A stretch of 64,000 nucleotides of DNA from assembly GCA_016181405.1 (NCBI GenBank), contig JACOZJ010000002.1, positions 74,608-138,607 on the forward strand, read 5' to 3'. The notes beneath the pieces were generated by a model. It ran no database searches. It was not told the origin of the DNA and saw only the letters and a program-made list of their open reading frames with translations. The position numbers and the translations under genes are program-made. The stretch comes from Candidatus Wildermuthbacteria bacterium. Its GTDB lineage: Bacteria; Patescibacteriota; Minisyncoccia; Minisyncoccales; UBA10102. The first letter of the stretch is position 1. Every line of letters begins with the position of its first letter. Shown piece by piece: positions 55,195 to 63,889 of this stretch.

Positions 55195-56787
55195 TTAGGG
55201 CTTGTATACTACAACTTGTTTTATTGCGAGCGTCGCCCTCCCGACTTCCTCATCCCACATTTTGAACCCAACCCCCCCTCGCCCAAGAACCGGATCCAAG
55301 AATTGTGTCCGCACAACAATCTCATTATTCACCAAACATTCCACATTTCTTCCCTGCACTCGAGCCCCAACCTGAAACGCACCTTTAAAAATTGGGGAGA
55401 TTCCCCTAATGCCCTGGATAACGCGTTTTTCCCCATCTACAGTTTGCTCAATGTGAACGAAATCCTTCCCAAAATTGCACGCCGCGTTATTGTCCACATC
55501 CTGAAATCTCACCCAAATAAATACCCCTGTTTGAGATTCTGATTCCACAACAGCTTGAATTTCATAATCGGTCCACGCGCCACTTCCATCTAAAAGTGCA
55601 GAGGCGCCGGCCTCATCCTCATTTGCGCGAAGCACAAGACCTTCAACACCTCCAAGCTCAAAAGATCCCCATGTGGAAAGCCACCCCCTGTTTTCAGAAA
55701 GCGCATCGTAGTACGGCAACGTTTTCGCTCGTCCATTCTCTAGTACTGCAAGTAGCTCCTCACCGCTCCAATCAGCTTCAGGCTCAATGCGCTTGATCAG
55801 AAATGTTTCCGGGCTTGGGTGATTCTGCGTAAACCCTTCCCCCTCCCACCACTGGTAAAAACCATAGGAATATTGCTCTTTTGCTCCTTGCAACAGAATA
55901 TCTCGTATAGACTTTAAGCTAGGATCGAAGAAAAGATTTTGTCCGAAATCACCGAAGGGGAATGCAACCGTTACAGCTGATGTTCCAAGCGATTCCTCAA
56001 GTTCTTTTTTTGAACTTTCGAGGTCTGCGTAAATTCGCTTACGAAATTCTTCTATTGTTTCTTGCCGCTGTTTGTCTTCGAACCAAAGCAAGTTACTGTA
56101 AAAATGTCCTTCTTGCCCATTCGGACCCACAGGGTAAAGCTCATGCGCAAGTTTCCCATGAGACTCTAAATTCCACCTGCCAGTGCCCTGCATAAATTGC
56201 AATTCTTTTTCCGTAAGATAGAAGTGGCTTGCCTTTCCATTTTCACCGAGCGATTGACTCGTAATAACGAACATGACAGCCTCGTAGTCGAGCGCCCGCA
56301 GGATCGGATCCACAGGATAAAAGCTGTCTTTGCGGCCGTCGTCGAACGTCAAAAGGAAAGACTTTTCTGGCAAATCCTGTTCTCCTTTCATAAAAGCGCG
56401 AAATTCTTCGAGCGAAACCGTTTCCCACCCTGCTTTCTTAAGCACCGCCATATGGCTCCGAAAACGCCCCCCGGTTACATTAGAGCCGTCGGGCTCTGAA
56501 GTAATCCCGTGATATACTAACACCGGAATTGTCTGTGCTTTCTCGCCTTTCTCATCAATTGGTTCTTTGCCCGGTAGAGCAGAAAAAAGAGAGGCAAAGA
56601 AATTGCGGTTTCCATTTTCCGAAAGCATCAACTCATACCAAGGATATTTCATAAGCATTCCAAGATAAGAATCTGTCGCATATACGCTCTGACTCAGCAA
56701 AAAACTTCCGCTCGCAAGTCCAGCCACAATAAGGAGCATACTAAGCGAGAATATTATTTTTATTGTCAAAAAATTAAATACTCCCAT
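55195..56787 (-). CDS. secreted polysaccharide deacetylase (NodB homology) fused to a C-terminal ConA-like/LamG-type domain
   Basis: 530 aa with a signal anchor. LTFDDGRKDS (NodB motif 1). The C-terminal roughly 170 aa resemble the 59479/60389 paralogues (GVFIWVRFQDVDNN..., GGVGFKMWDEE...VVVYK). Confidence 0.85.
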   Translation of the reverse strand: MGVFNFLTIKIIFSLSMLLIVAGLASGSFLLSQSVYATDSYLGMLMKYPWYELMLSENGNRNFFASLFSALPGKEPIDEKGEKAQTIPVLVYHGITSEPDGSNVTGGRFRSHMAVLKKAGWETVSLEEFRAFMKGEQDLPEKSFLLTFDDGRKDSFYPVDPILRALDYEAVMFVITSQSLGENGKASHFYLTEKELQFMQGTGRWNLESHGKLAHELYPVGPNGQEGHFYSNLLWFEDKQRQETIEEFRKRIYADLESSKKELEESLGTSAVTVAFPFGDFGQNLFFDPSLKSIRDILLQGAKEQYSYGFYQWWEGEGFTQNHPSPETFLIKRIEPEADWSGEELLAVLENGRAKTLPYYDALSENRGWLSTWGSFELGGVEGLVLRANEDEAGASALLDGSGAWTDYEIQAVVESESQTGVFIWVRFQDVDNNAACNFGKDFVHIEQTVDGEKRVIQGIRGISPIFKGAFQVGARVQGRNVECLVNNEIVVRTQFLDPVLGRGGVGFKMWDEEVGRATLAIKQVVVYKP

Positions 56788-56802
56788 ATGTAAAGGGAAA
56801 GA

Positions 56803-58128
56803 TTATCGCGTCCCCCATCGCCGATCACGTAAACGGAAAATAGCGTAGAACAAAATGAATGAAAGCAGAATCATGTTAAGGCCAGCCCATGCAAATACGT
56901 AAGGCCAATACTTATTCTCTCGCTCGAAATATCGATAAGCGAGAGTAACAAGAAGAGCGATAAGAAACATGCCTAATACATAAAAAAGCGGGGAAACTCC
57001 ATGCACAATAGGGTTATAAACGAATGCGCGTATCGCGATAAAAGGCGTCATCAGGGTAATGAAAAACAATGGGAAAAAATAGGTGAACGCCACGAAAGCG
57101 TCTTTTTTCACAATAAATTTGCTCAAAAACAGCGAGTTAACAAACCACCCCTTTTTCCATCGTACTTGTTGGCGAATAAATTTGTATAAGGTATTTGGGA
57201 CAACCGTATACGCCCGCACCGAATCTGAATATATGGTATGGAAATTGAGCCGGAGAACCCAGTTGGTGAGTGCGCGATCGTCCCCCCATGTTACCGGAGC
57301 GCCAAGGAACCGTTCCTCCAGCCACTTATCAAGAATTGGCAGAACAATGCTTTTTCTGTACGCCGAGGCGCATCCGCTGCAGCAGAATACATGAAGAAAT
57401 GTTGATTCAGCTGCCTTTAAGATGCGGAAAGACACGAAATAATACGCTGTCTGCATTTTCGTTATAAAATTCTCACCTGCGTTTGCGGGCTCCGTATGCG
57501 CAGACACCGCCCCTACCCTTGGGTTGCGAAATGGCTCAATAATGTTTCGGAACGTATCTGGGCGAATGTAACTGTCGCTGTCAAGCTGAATCACAATTTC
57601 CCCTTTTGCCAAACGGAAACCTTCTGCCATTGCATGGCGTTTGCCTTGATTCTCCGCCCAATTCACAACGATTAATGAAGAAAATTGAGGCTTTAATGTT
57701 TCTAAAATCGCTCCGGTACCATCGGAACTCCCGTCATTAACCACAATCACCTCTAATTTCTCTGGCGGGTAATTTACAGCAAAACATTCAGAAACGGTTT
57801 TTCTGATAGCCTGCTCTTCATTTTTACATGGAATAACAAAACTCACTGACGGTTCGTATACACCTATCTCTCTTTGCGTGATCCGCGAGGTTGAATATCG
57901 AAACAGAAACGAAGCTAAAATTCTCGATAATTCGAAAGTCGTTACGAAAACAGTATAAAACAACAATAAAGGATCTGAAAAAAATTCTGCCGCTGTTTTT
58001 GATTTGACTAAAACAACGGAGAACAACGCGATACTGGCTAGCAGAAAAAGTATAAGATGAAAAGAAAGAGATCTCTTCTCCTTCTGTGATTTTATTGGCT
58101 GTTTTCGAAGAATAAGCCGGTTTGCCAT
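56803..58128 (-). CDS. processive family-2 glycosyltransferase, HasA/NodC/chitin-synthase-like polysaccharide synthase
   Basis: 441 aa with TM helices at both ends. Motifs VIPCKNEE, VVNDGSSD, LDSDS, CSGCASAYRK, GDDRALTN and QQVRWKKGW (QxxRW). Confidence 0.88.
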   Translation of the reverse strand: MANRLILRKQPIKSQKEKRSLSFHLILFLLASIALFSVVLVKSKTAAEFFSDPLLLFYTVFVTTFELSRILASFLFRYSTSRITQREIGVYEPSVSFVIPCKNEEQAIRKTVSECFAVNYPPEKLEVIVVNDGSSDGTGAILETLKPQFSSLIVVNWAENQGKRHAMAEGFRLAKGEIVIQLDSDSYIRPDTFRNIIEPFRNPRVGAVSAHTEPANAGENFITKMQTAYYFVSFRILKAAESTFLHVFCCSGCASAYRKSIVLPILDKWLEERFLGAPVTWGDDRALTNWVLRLNFHTIYSDSVRAYTVVPNTLYKFIRQQVRWKKGWFVNSLFLSKFIVKKDAFVAFTYFFPLFFITLMTPFIAIRAFVYNPIVHGVSPLFYVLGMFLIALLVTLAYRYFERENKYWPYVFAWAGLNMILLSFILFYAIFRLRDRRWGTR

Positions 58129-58130
58129 AC

Positions 58131-59390
58131 TTATCTTCCAATGCCTTTATAAATAATTCCTGCCTTTTCAAAAGCCTCCTTCTGGAAGAAATTCCGTCCG
58201 TCAACGAGAACTTGCGTTCCCGCCTTTTTGCAATATGCGGGGCTCAATGCGGCAAATTCACGATGCGGTGTCGCAAGAACAACTGCGTGAGCGCCCGCCA
58301 TCGCATCCTCCAAATTCTTTGCTATGGATTTTTGTTTAAGAAAAGGATCGAAAGAATAAACATTCGCCGCATACTCTTCTTTGAGCATTTTAATAATCTC
58401 ATACGAGGGGCTCTCCCGATCGTCATCAATCCCAGCCTTATATGCCAAACCCAAAACTGCGACTTTGGCATCGCGCGTAGACAATCCTGCCTCGTTCAAC
58501 CCCTGCACCACCAGATCAACCGTAAACTTAGGCATAGAACGGTTAATTTTCCGCGCCAGCGATAGGAAATCGTGGTCAAACCCGTTCTCTTTTGCGTAAT
58601 CGATCAAATAATAAGGATCCACAGGAATGCAATGACCCCCAACGCCGCATCCAGGATAATGAGCGAGAAATGAGAAAGGTTTCGTTGCGGCGCCCTCGAT
58701 GACATTAACCACATCAATGCCCATGCGGGCAAAGGACATTGCCAGCTCATTGGCGAATGCAATGTTAATGTCGCGAAAAGCATTCTCTACAATTTTTACC
58801 GCTTCTGCCTCCCGCAGAGATTTCATTGGCTTAACCTTGTCGCCTATCAGAGAACGATAAAACGCAGCCGCCTTCTCGAGACTGAGCTTATTTAATCCGC
58901 CCACTACTCTCGGGATATTCCCCACATTCCATTTTGTATCTCCGGGGTTGATACGTTCCGGACAATGTGCCACGAAAAAATCTTTGCCCGCGATAAGACC
59001 GGAACCCTGTTGAAGTATAGGAAGCAGTATTTCTTCGGTAACACCCGGATTTACTGTAGATTCCAAAATCACAAGCTGCCCCTTTTTCAAGAAAGGCGCA
59101 AAACTTGTTGCGGCTGCTTTCACTGGCTCAAGATCAGGTAATTGTTTTGAGGTAACTGGTGTAGGGACACAAAATACCACTCCTCCAGCGTCTCGAAGCC
59201 TTGCGAAATCTTTTCCTGCATGGATGCGCCTGTTTTTCTTTATCTCTTCCCTGAGTTTCTGAAGTTTTTGTTCATCGATATCGACTCCCTCTACCCTATA
59301 ACCTTTCTTCGCGGCCAAGAGACAAAGGGGCCAACCTACATACCCTAAACCAATGACCCCAACTGTTTTAAAAGGTGTTGGGGAATTCAT
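58131..59390 (-). CDS. nucleotide-sugar 6-dehydrogenase (UDP-N-acetylhexosamine dehydrogenase WecC/WbpA-like subfamily)
   Basis: 419 aa. VIGLGYVGWPL Rossmann motif. The catalytic-Cys context GGHCIPVDPYYL is typical of the WecC/Cap5O/WbpA branch rather than the Ugd motif GGSCFPKD. Confidence 0.88.
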   Translation of the reverse strand: MNSPTPFKTVGVIGLGYVGWPLCLLAAKKGYRVEGVDIDEQKLQKLREEIKKNRRIHAGKDFARLRDAGGVVFCVPTPVTSKQLPDLEPVKAAATSFAPFLKKGQLVILESTVNPGVTEEILLPILQQGSGLIAGKDFFVAHCPERINPGDTKWNVGNIPRVVGGLNKLSLEKAAAFYRSLIGDKVKPMKSLREAEAVKIVENAFRDINIAFANELAMSFARMGIDVVNVIEGAATKPFSFLAHYPGCGVGGHCIPVDPYYLIDYAKENGFDHDFLSLARKINRSMPKFTVDLVVQGLNEAGLSTRDAKVAVLGLAYKAGIDDDRESPSYEIIKMLKEEYAANVYSFDPFLKQKSIAKNLEDAMAGAHAVVLATPHREFAALSPAYCKKAGTQVLVDGRNFFQKEAFEKAGIIYKGIGR

Positions 59391-59428
59391 ATACTATCAC
59401 TGACGAGGGTTTGTTTTAAATATTACAA

Positions 59429-59453
59429 AACCTCCCATAGCAGTAGGGAGGTT
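59429..59453 (-). terminator. hairpin terminator after paralogue A
   Basis: AACCTCCC (59429-59436) pairs with GGGAGGTT (59446-59453). The minus-strand tail is TTGTAATATTT. Confidence 0.55.
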
Positions 59454-59478
59454 ATTCTATTATTCTCGACCTGTTGAA

Positions 59479-60342
59479 TTAAAGTTTCCGCACTTTGTAG
59501 TCGTCGAATTCTACATCCATAAAATCTGTCCGTACGCCAACATATCCTTCGCTAGTAATCGCCGATCCCCCATAGCTTTTCCCGTCATCAGTTACTTGGG
59601 CAGCTACTTCCCATACGCCAGTATTGTTTTTATCCACATATAATGTGATATCCACGCTTCCGTTTAATCCGTTCTGGACCACACTGCGGAGGCCGATCCA
59701 TTTCTTCCCAGGGATAAGGTTTGGATTTGTGTCGCGGTCATAAGGAGCATCCGCCCCATATACCCGTTCGGAAGCTAGCGTATAATAAACTCCATTTTTC
59801 TTTTTCTTGATCACTGAATATCCATCTTCCCGAATACCCGCATAATAGAGATTATCTCCATTCACGTATCGATTAAACAGTAGCACTCCACTCCATCCAT
59901 CCCGTTCCGGGCTTTCTGACATATTAATTCTTGTAATGCGAAATCTTACTTGCTGTTCAAAGTTTTGCCACGTACTTCTGCTTACAAGCCGAAAAATGTT
60001 TTGGGGATGATATCCATTGTCAGTATCGATAGGGTTAGCAGAAGCGTAGTAGAGGCGCCATTTTGAAAGGTCGGGTAATTCTCCTTGCGCTGTTTTCCCT
60101 ACCCCATCTTTTAAAAAAAATTGGCCGCCTGAGTTGAGCCACCAATAAGGACTCCAACTTTCTCCCATAGATCCTGCTTCGTCAAGCGTGCCATCAACGC
60201 TAAAACTATATTGGAAATAAGATCCAACAGAAGCGGAAACAGCGGCGAATACACTTGGAGAAGAATGAAGGAAGAACGGAACCCCAATAAAGAGTAATAT
60301 TCCAACCCCACCCGCAAATACAAATCGTTTCATTTGTCCCAT
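59479..60342 (-). CDS. secreted ConA-like/LamG-type jelly-roll protein, tandem paralogue A
   Basis: 287 aa with a signal anchor. Shares GYHPQNIFRLV, MSESPERDGWSGVLLF, DNLYYAGIREDG, NLIPG, WIGLRSV and DFMDVEFDDYKV with 60389..61243. Confidence 0.8.
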   Translation of the reverse strand: MGQMKRFVFAGGVGILLFIGVPFFLHSSPSVFAAVSASVGSYFQYSFSVDGTLDEAGSMGESWSPYWWLNSGGQFFLKDGVGKTAQGELPDLSKWRLYYASANPIDTDNGYHPQNIFRLVSRSTWQNFEQQVRFRITRINMSESPERDGWSGVLLFNRYVNGDNLYYAGIREDGYSVIKKKKNGVYYTLASERVYGADAPYDRDTNPNLIPGKKWIGLRSVVQNGLNGSVDITLYVDKNNTGVWEVAAQVTDDGKSYGGSAITSEGYVGVRTDFMDVEFDDYKVRKL

Positions 60343-60388
60343 TTATTATATTTGCAGCTTCGAGGAATGTCAACGAGACAGCTTCTGT

Positions 60389-61243
60389 TTAATCGCCGAA
60401 GTTTCCCAAAGTCTCGAGGGGTTTTACCATATAATCCCGAAATTCTACATCCATAAAATCAGAACGAATCCCCCCATATCCTTTTTCAAGAGCCGGCCCT
60501 CCATATGTTTTTCCGTCGTCAACTGCCTCGAGCGCCGTCTTCCAACCTTCTTTTTCTTCTTTTTGCACTAAAAGTCGAATGGACACTATCCCATTCTCTT
60601 CGGTCTTAGCGACAGTTCTCAAACCGATCCAGCGCATTCCGGGAATAAGGTTTGGAGTACTATCTCTGTTATAGGGAGTGATGCCCAGGTAGAAGAAAGG
60701 TGTGTACGCTAACGTATAGTATATTCCTCCTATTTTCTTTTTAATCACTGCTGCGCCATCCTGTCGCAGTCCTGCGTAATACAAATTATCCTGATCTTTA
60801 TATCTTAAAAATAAAAATACGCCGCTCCACGCATCACGTTCCGGACTTTCTGACATATGAAGCTTCACGATGCGCGCGTACACAGTCTGATCGCCATTTT
60901 CCCACATCGTTTTACGTACCAAGCGGAAAATATTTTGGGGGTGATATCCACTGTCGGTATCAACTGCATTTGAGAAAAAATATCGAACCCTCCACCGAGA
61001 AAAAGGCGAAAGCTCATCTTGAATAGTCTTGAATCCCGCTTCTGTCTTTATAATATATGCGCCAGAATTCACCCACCACTCCTCGTTGGAACTTTCTTCC
61101 ATACTTCCTGCCTCTTGTACTAACGATGTCTGTGGCAAAACTAATTTTTTTGCAGACGATCCTAACCAAACTAGAGACACCACTCCGGCAAAAAGAAGTA
61201 TCCCAAATAAAAAAATCTGCAACTTCTTATTGGATACCCGCAT
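60389..61243 (-). CDS. secreted ConA-like/LamG-type jelly-roll protein, tandem paralogue B
   Basis: 284 aa with a signal anchor. Roughly half of its residues are identical to paralogue A by eye, and the same motif set is present. Confidence 0.8.
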   Translation of the reverse strand: MRVSNKKLQIFLFGILLFAGVVSLVWLGSSAKKLVLPQTSLVQEAGSMEESSNEEWWVNSGAYIIKTEAGFKTIQDELSPFSRWRVRYFFSNAVDTDSGYHPQNIFRLVRKTMWENGDQTVYARIVKLHMSESPERDAWSGVFLFLRYKDQDNLYYAGLRQDGAAVIKKKIGGIYYTLAYTPFFYLGITPYNRDSTPNLIPGMRWIGLRTVAKTEENGIVSIRLLVQKEEKEGWKTALEAVDDGKTYGGPALEKGYGGIRSDFMDVEFRDYMVKPLETLGNFGD

Positions 61244-61274
61244 GCAAACAAAATAAAGGAGAATTTGCTATCCG

Positions 61275-63815
61275 TTACACTACTATGTTCACCAATCGTC
61301 CAGGCACGAAAATAATTTTCTTGGGCTCTTTTCCCGCAAGATACTTTTGCACTTTTTCGTTTTGTAGGATCAGCCGTTTGGCTTCTGACTCCCCAAGCGC
61401 AGCATCTACTTCAATAACGTCGCGAACCTTACCATTTACCTGTAAAACCAGCTTCATGCGCTCCTGCTGTATTTTCTTTGCATCATATTTCGGCCACGGC
61501 TGATCATGCACACTCCCCTTGTTGCCAAGCTGTTCCCACAATTCTTCTGTAATATACGGAGCAAAAGGAGCCAGTAGTATTAAAAACTTTTCAAAATCAG
61601 CCCTTTCTATAAGCTTCCCTCCTCCTAGCTCCCGACTACCATGTTGGTCAATTTCTGGTTCTTTAAGGAAAGAATTTAATAAAATCATAAGCTGACTAAT
61701 CGCTGTGTTGTATTTTAGGTTTTCCAGATCATCAGTTATCTTCTTAATTGATTGGCTCAATACGATTTTCGTTTCGGGTTCTGTCCGAAATGATACACCA
61801 GAATCATTTTTCCAATTTTCAAAACGTTTCTTATCATTAAGAAGTCTACTTCTTAGCTCTGGCAAATACTCCCATACTCTATTCAAAAACCGATACACGC
61901 CGATTATCCCTTTGTCGCTCCAGTCTCCTCCTTCTGTGAACGGCCCGAGAAACATTAAATACATCCGAACCGTATCAGCGCCATATTTTTCAATAAACTC
62001 GTCGGGATTTACCACGTTCCCCTTCGATTTTGACATTTTCGCCCCTTCTTTTGTAATCAATCCGTGGGCTCTGAATTTTTTGAAAGGCTCCTCGAACTCA
62101 AGCAATCCCAAATCATGGAGTACCATTGTAATAAATCTGGCATAGAGAAGATGGAGAACCGCGTGTTCTTGCCCGCCAATGTACATATCAACCGGAAGCC
62201 ATTTCTTGGTAAGCTCTTTTTCAAAGGGAGCCTTTCCTGAGCGAGCGGAGCGAGTGGAAGGATAGCGCAAGAAATACCATGCTGAATCCAAAAAAGTGTC
62301 AGACACATCTGTTTCTCTTTCAGCTGGCCCTTTGCACTTTGGGCACTTCGTGTGTACGAAACTTTTCACAGACGCCAAAGGAGATTTTCCTGTTCCCTCC
62401 GGTCTGAAATTTTTTACATAGGGAAGCTCTACGGGGAGATCTTTTTCCGGAACCGGAATAGCTTGTGGTGAGTCTGCCGAACCACATTTGGCGCAATAAA
62501 CAATGGGTATCGGCGGTCCCCAATACCGTTGTCTTGAAATCAACCAATCTCGAAGATGATACTTTGCCGTTTTCTTTCCTTTTACAAATTTCGTAATTGC
62601 CCACTTTGCTTTTTCGTTTGGCGTTCCATCAAACTGCCCAGAACCAACAAGATGCCCCAACCCTACATACGCTTCTTTAAGAACTGGGCATATCTTTTCT
62701 GGATAGTTTTGGCAAATGACTTGCACTGCTGGAAGATTATATTTTTTTGCAAATTCCCAGTCGCGTTGATCGTGCGCAGGCACAGCCATAATGGCTCCAG
62801 TCCCGTAACTCGCGAGCACATAATCTGCAACATACACAGGGATCTCTTCTTTGTTCGCTGGGTTTACCGCTTTTATCCCCTTCAGTTCAACTCCTGTTTT
62901 CTCTTTTGCAAGCTCCGTACGCTCCAATTCATTTTTCTTTTTTGCCGCTTTGCGATATTTCTCAACTTCATCCAAATTTTCAATTTGATCTTTTACCTGA
63001 TCAACTAAAGCATGCTCTGGTGCCAATACCATATACGTAGCTCCGAAAAGAGTGTCAGGACGAGTCGTGAAAACCTCTATTGTATATTTTGTATCTTGCA
63101 CCTTGAAATTAAGGAGTGCGCCTTCGCTTTTACCAATCCAATTTCTTTGCGCGATTTTGGTGCGTTCGGACCAATCAATCCAATCCAAGTTTTTCAAAAG
63201 CTTCCCTGCATATTTGGTAATTCTAAAAAACCACTGTTCAAGTTCTTTTTGGATAACTTCTGTTCCGCATCGCTCGCATTTCCCATTAATAACCTGTTCA
63301 TCTGCAAGAACTGTTTTACAGGATGGGCACCAATCCACTGAAGCCTTTGCTCGGTACGCAAGTCCTGCCTTGTACAGCTGAAGAAAAATCCACTGTGTCC
63401 ATTTATAATATTCTGGCTGTGTGGTATCCACTGCGTGATCCCAATCAAAAAGAGACCCCAAGAGCTTAAGCTGACGCTCAAAGTTTTTTGTGTTTCGCTT
63501 AATTAAAATACGAGGATGAATTCCCTTTTTGATGGCAAAGTTTTCTGAATGAATACCGAATGCATCATAGCCAATGGGCTCAAACACATCATTCCCCTGC
63601 ATTCTCCGAAATCTTCCATGAATGTCAGACCCGGTGAATGCGTACACATTCCCGACATGCAATCCTTCGGCAGAAGGATATGGAAACATCATTAGATTAT
63701 AGTAGGGTTTCCGCCGGCTGGCGGATGCGCGCTTCAAATTTACGTTCCAGCGCTTCTCTTTCTCCCACTTTTTGCGCCATTTTAACTCTATTTTTTGGGG
63801 GTTGTATTGCGCCAT
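61275..63815 (-). CDS. leuS: leucine--tRNA ligase
   Basis: Contains PYPSAEGLHVGN (HIGH-type), KMSKSKGN and a CP1 editing domain. The start is probably MAQYNPQKIELKWRKKW at 63815. The track start at 63896 lies upstream of the promoter and terminator. Confidence 0.95.
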   Translation of the reverse strand: MAQYNPQKIELKWRKKWEKEKRWNVNLKRASASRRKPYYNLMMFPYPSAEGLHVGNVYAFTGSDIHGRFRRMQGNDVFEPIGYDAFGIHSENFAIKKGIHPRILIKRNTKNFERQLKLLGSLFDWDHAVDTTQPEYYKWTQWIFLQLYKAGLAYRAKASVDWCPSCKTVLADEQVINGKCERCGTEVIQKELEQWFFRITKYAGKLLKNLDWIDWSERTKIAQRNWIGKSEGALLNFKVQDTKYTIEVFTTRPDTLFGATYMVLAPEHALVDQVKDQIENLDEVEKYRKAAKKKNELERTELAKEKTGVELKGIKAVNPANKEEIPVYVADYVLASYGTGAIMAVPAHDQRDWEFAKKYNLPAVQVICQNYPEKICPVLKEAYVGLGHLVGSGQFDGTPNEKAKWAITKFVKGKKTAKYHLRDWLISRQRYWGPPIPIVYCAKCGSADSPQAIPVPEKDLPVELPYVKNFRPEGTGKSPLASVKSFVHTKCPKCKGPAERETDVSDTFLDSAWYFLRYPSTRSARSGKAPFEKELTKKWLPVDMYIGGQEHAVLHLLYARFITMVLHDLGLLEFEEPFKKFRAHGLITKEGAKMSKSKGNVVNPDEFIEKYGADTVRMYLMFLGPFTEGGDWSDKGIIGVYRFLNRVWEYLPELRSRLLNDKKRFENWKNDSGVSFRTEPETKIVLSQSIKKITDDLENLKYNTAISQLMILLNSFLKEPEIDQHGSRELGGGKLIERADFEKFLILLAPFAPYITEELWEQLGNKGSVHDQPWPKYDAKKIQQERMKLVLQVNGKVRDVIEVDAALGESEAKRLILQNEKVQKYLAGKEPKKIIFVPGRLVNIVV

Positions 63816-63825
63816 ATTCAATTCG

Positions 63826-63854
63826 ATTCTAGCTTTCAAATCGCGTTCTGTCCA
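63826..63854 (-). promoter_or_regulatory. candidate sigma70 promoter for leuS (would give a near-leaderless mRNA)
   Basis: On the minus strand: TGGACA (63854..63849), 17-nt spacer, TAGAAT (63831..63826). Only 10 nt separate the -10 box from the ATG, and there is no SD. Confidence 0.45.
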
Positions 63855-63889
63855 TACAAAAAGCCCTTGGCACGAAAAGCGCCAAGGGT
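63855..63889 (-). terminator. Rho-independent terminator upstream of leuS (probably ends the preceding minus-strand gene)
   Basis: Minus strand reads CCCTTGGC-GCTTTTCGT-GCCAAGGG followed by CTTTTTGT. Two minus-strand frames remain open from the window edge, with stops at 63911 and 63900. Confidence 0.75.
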
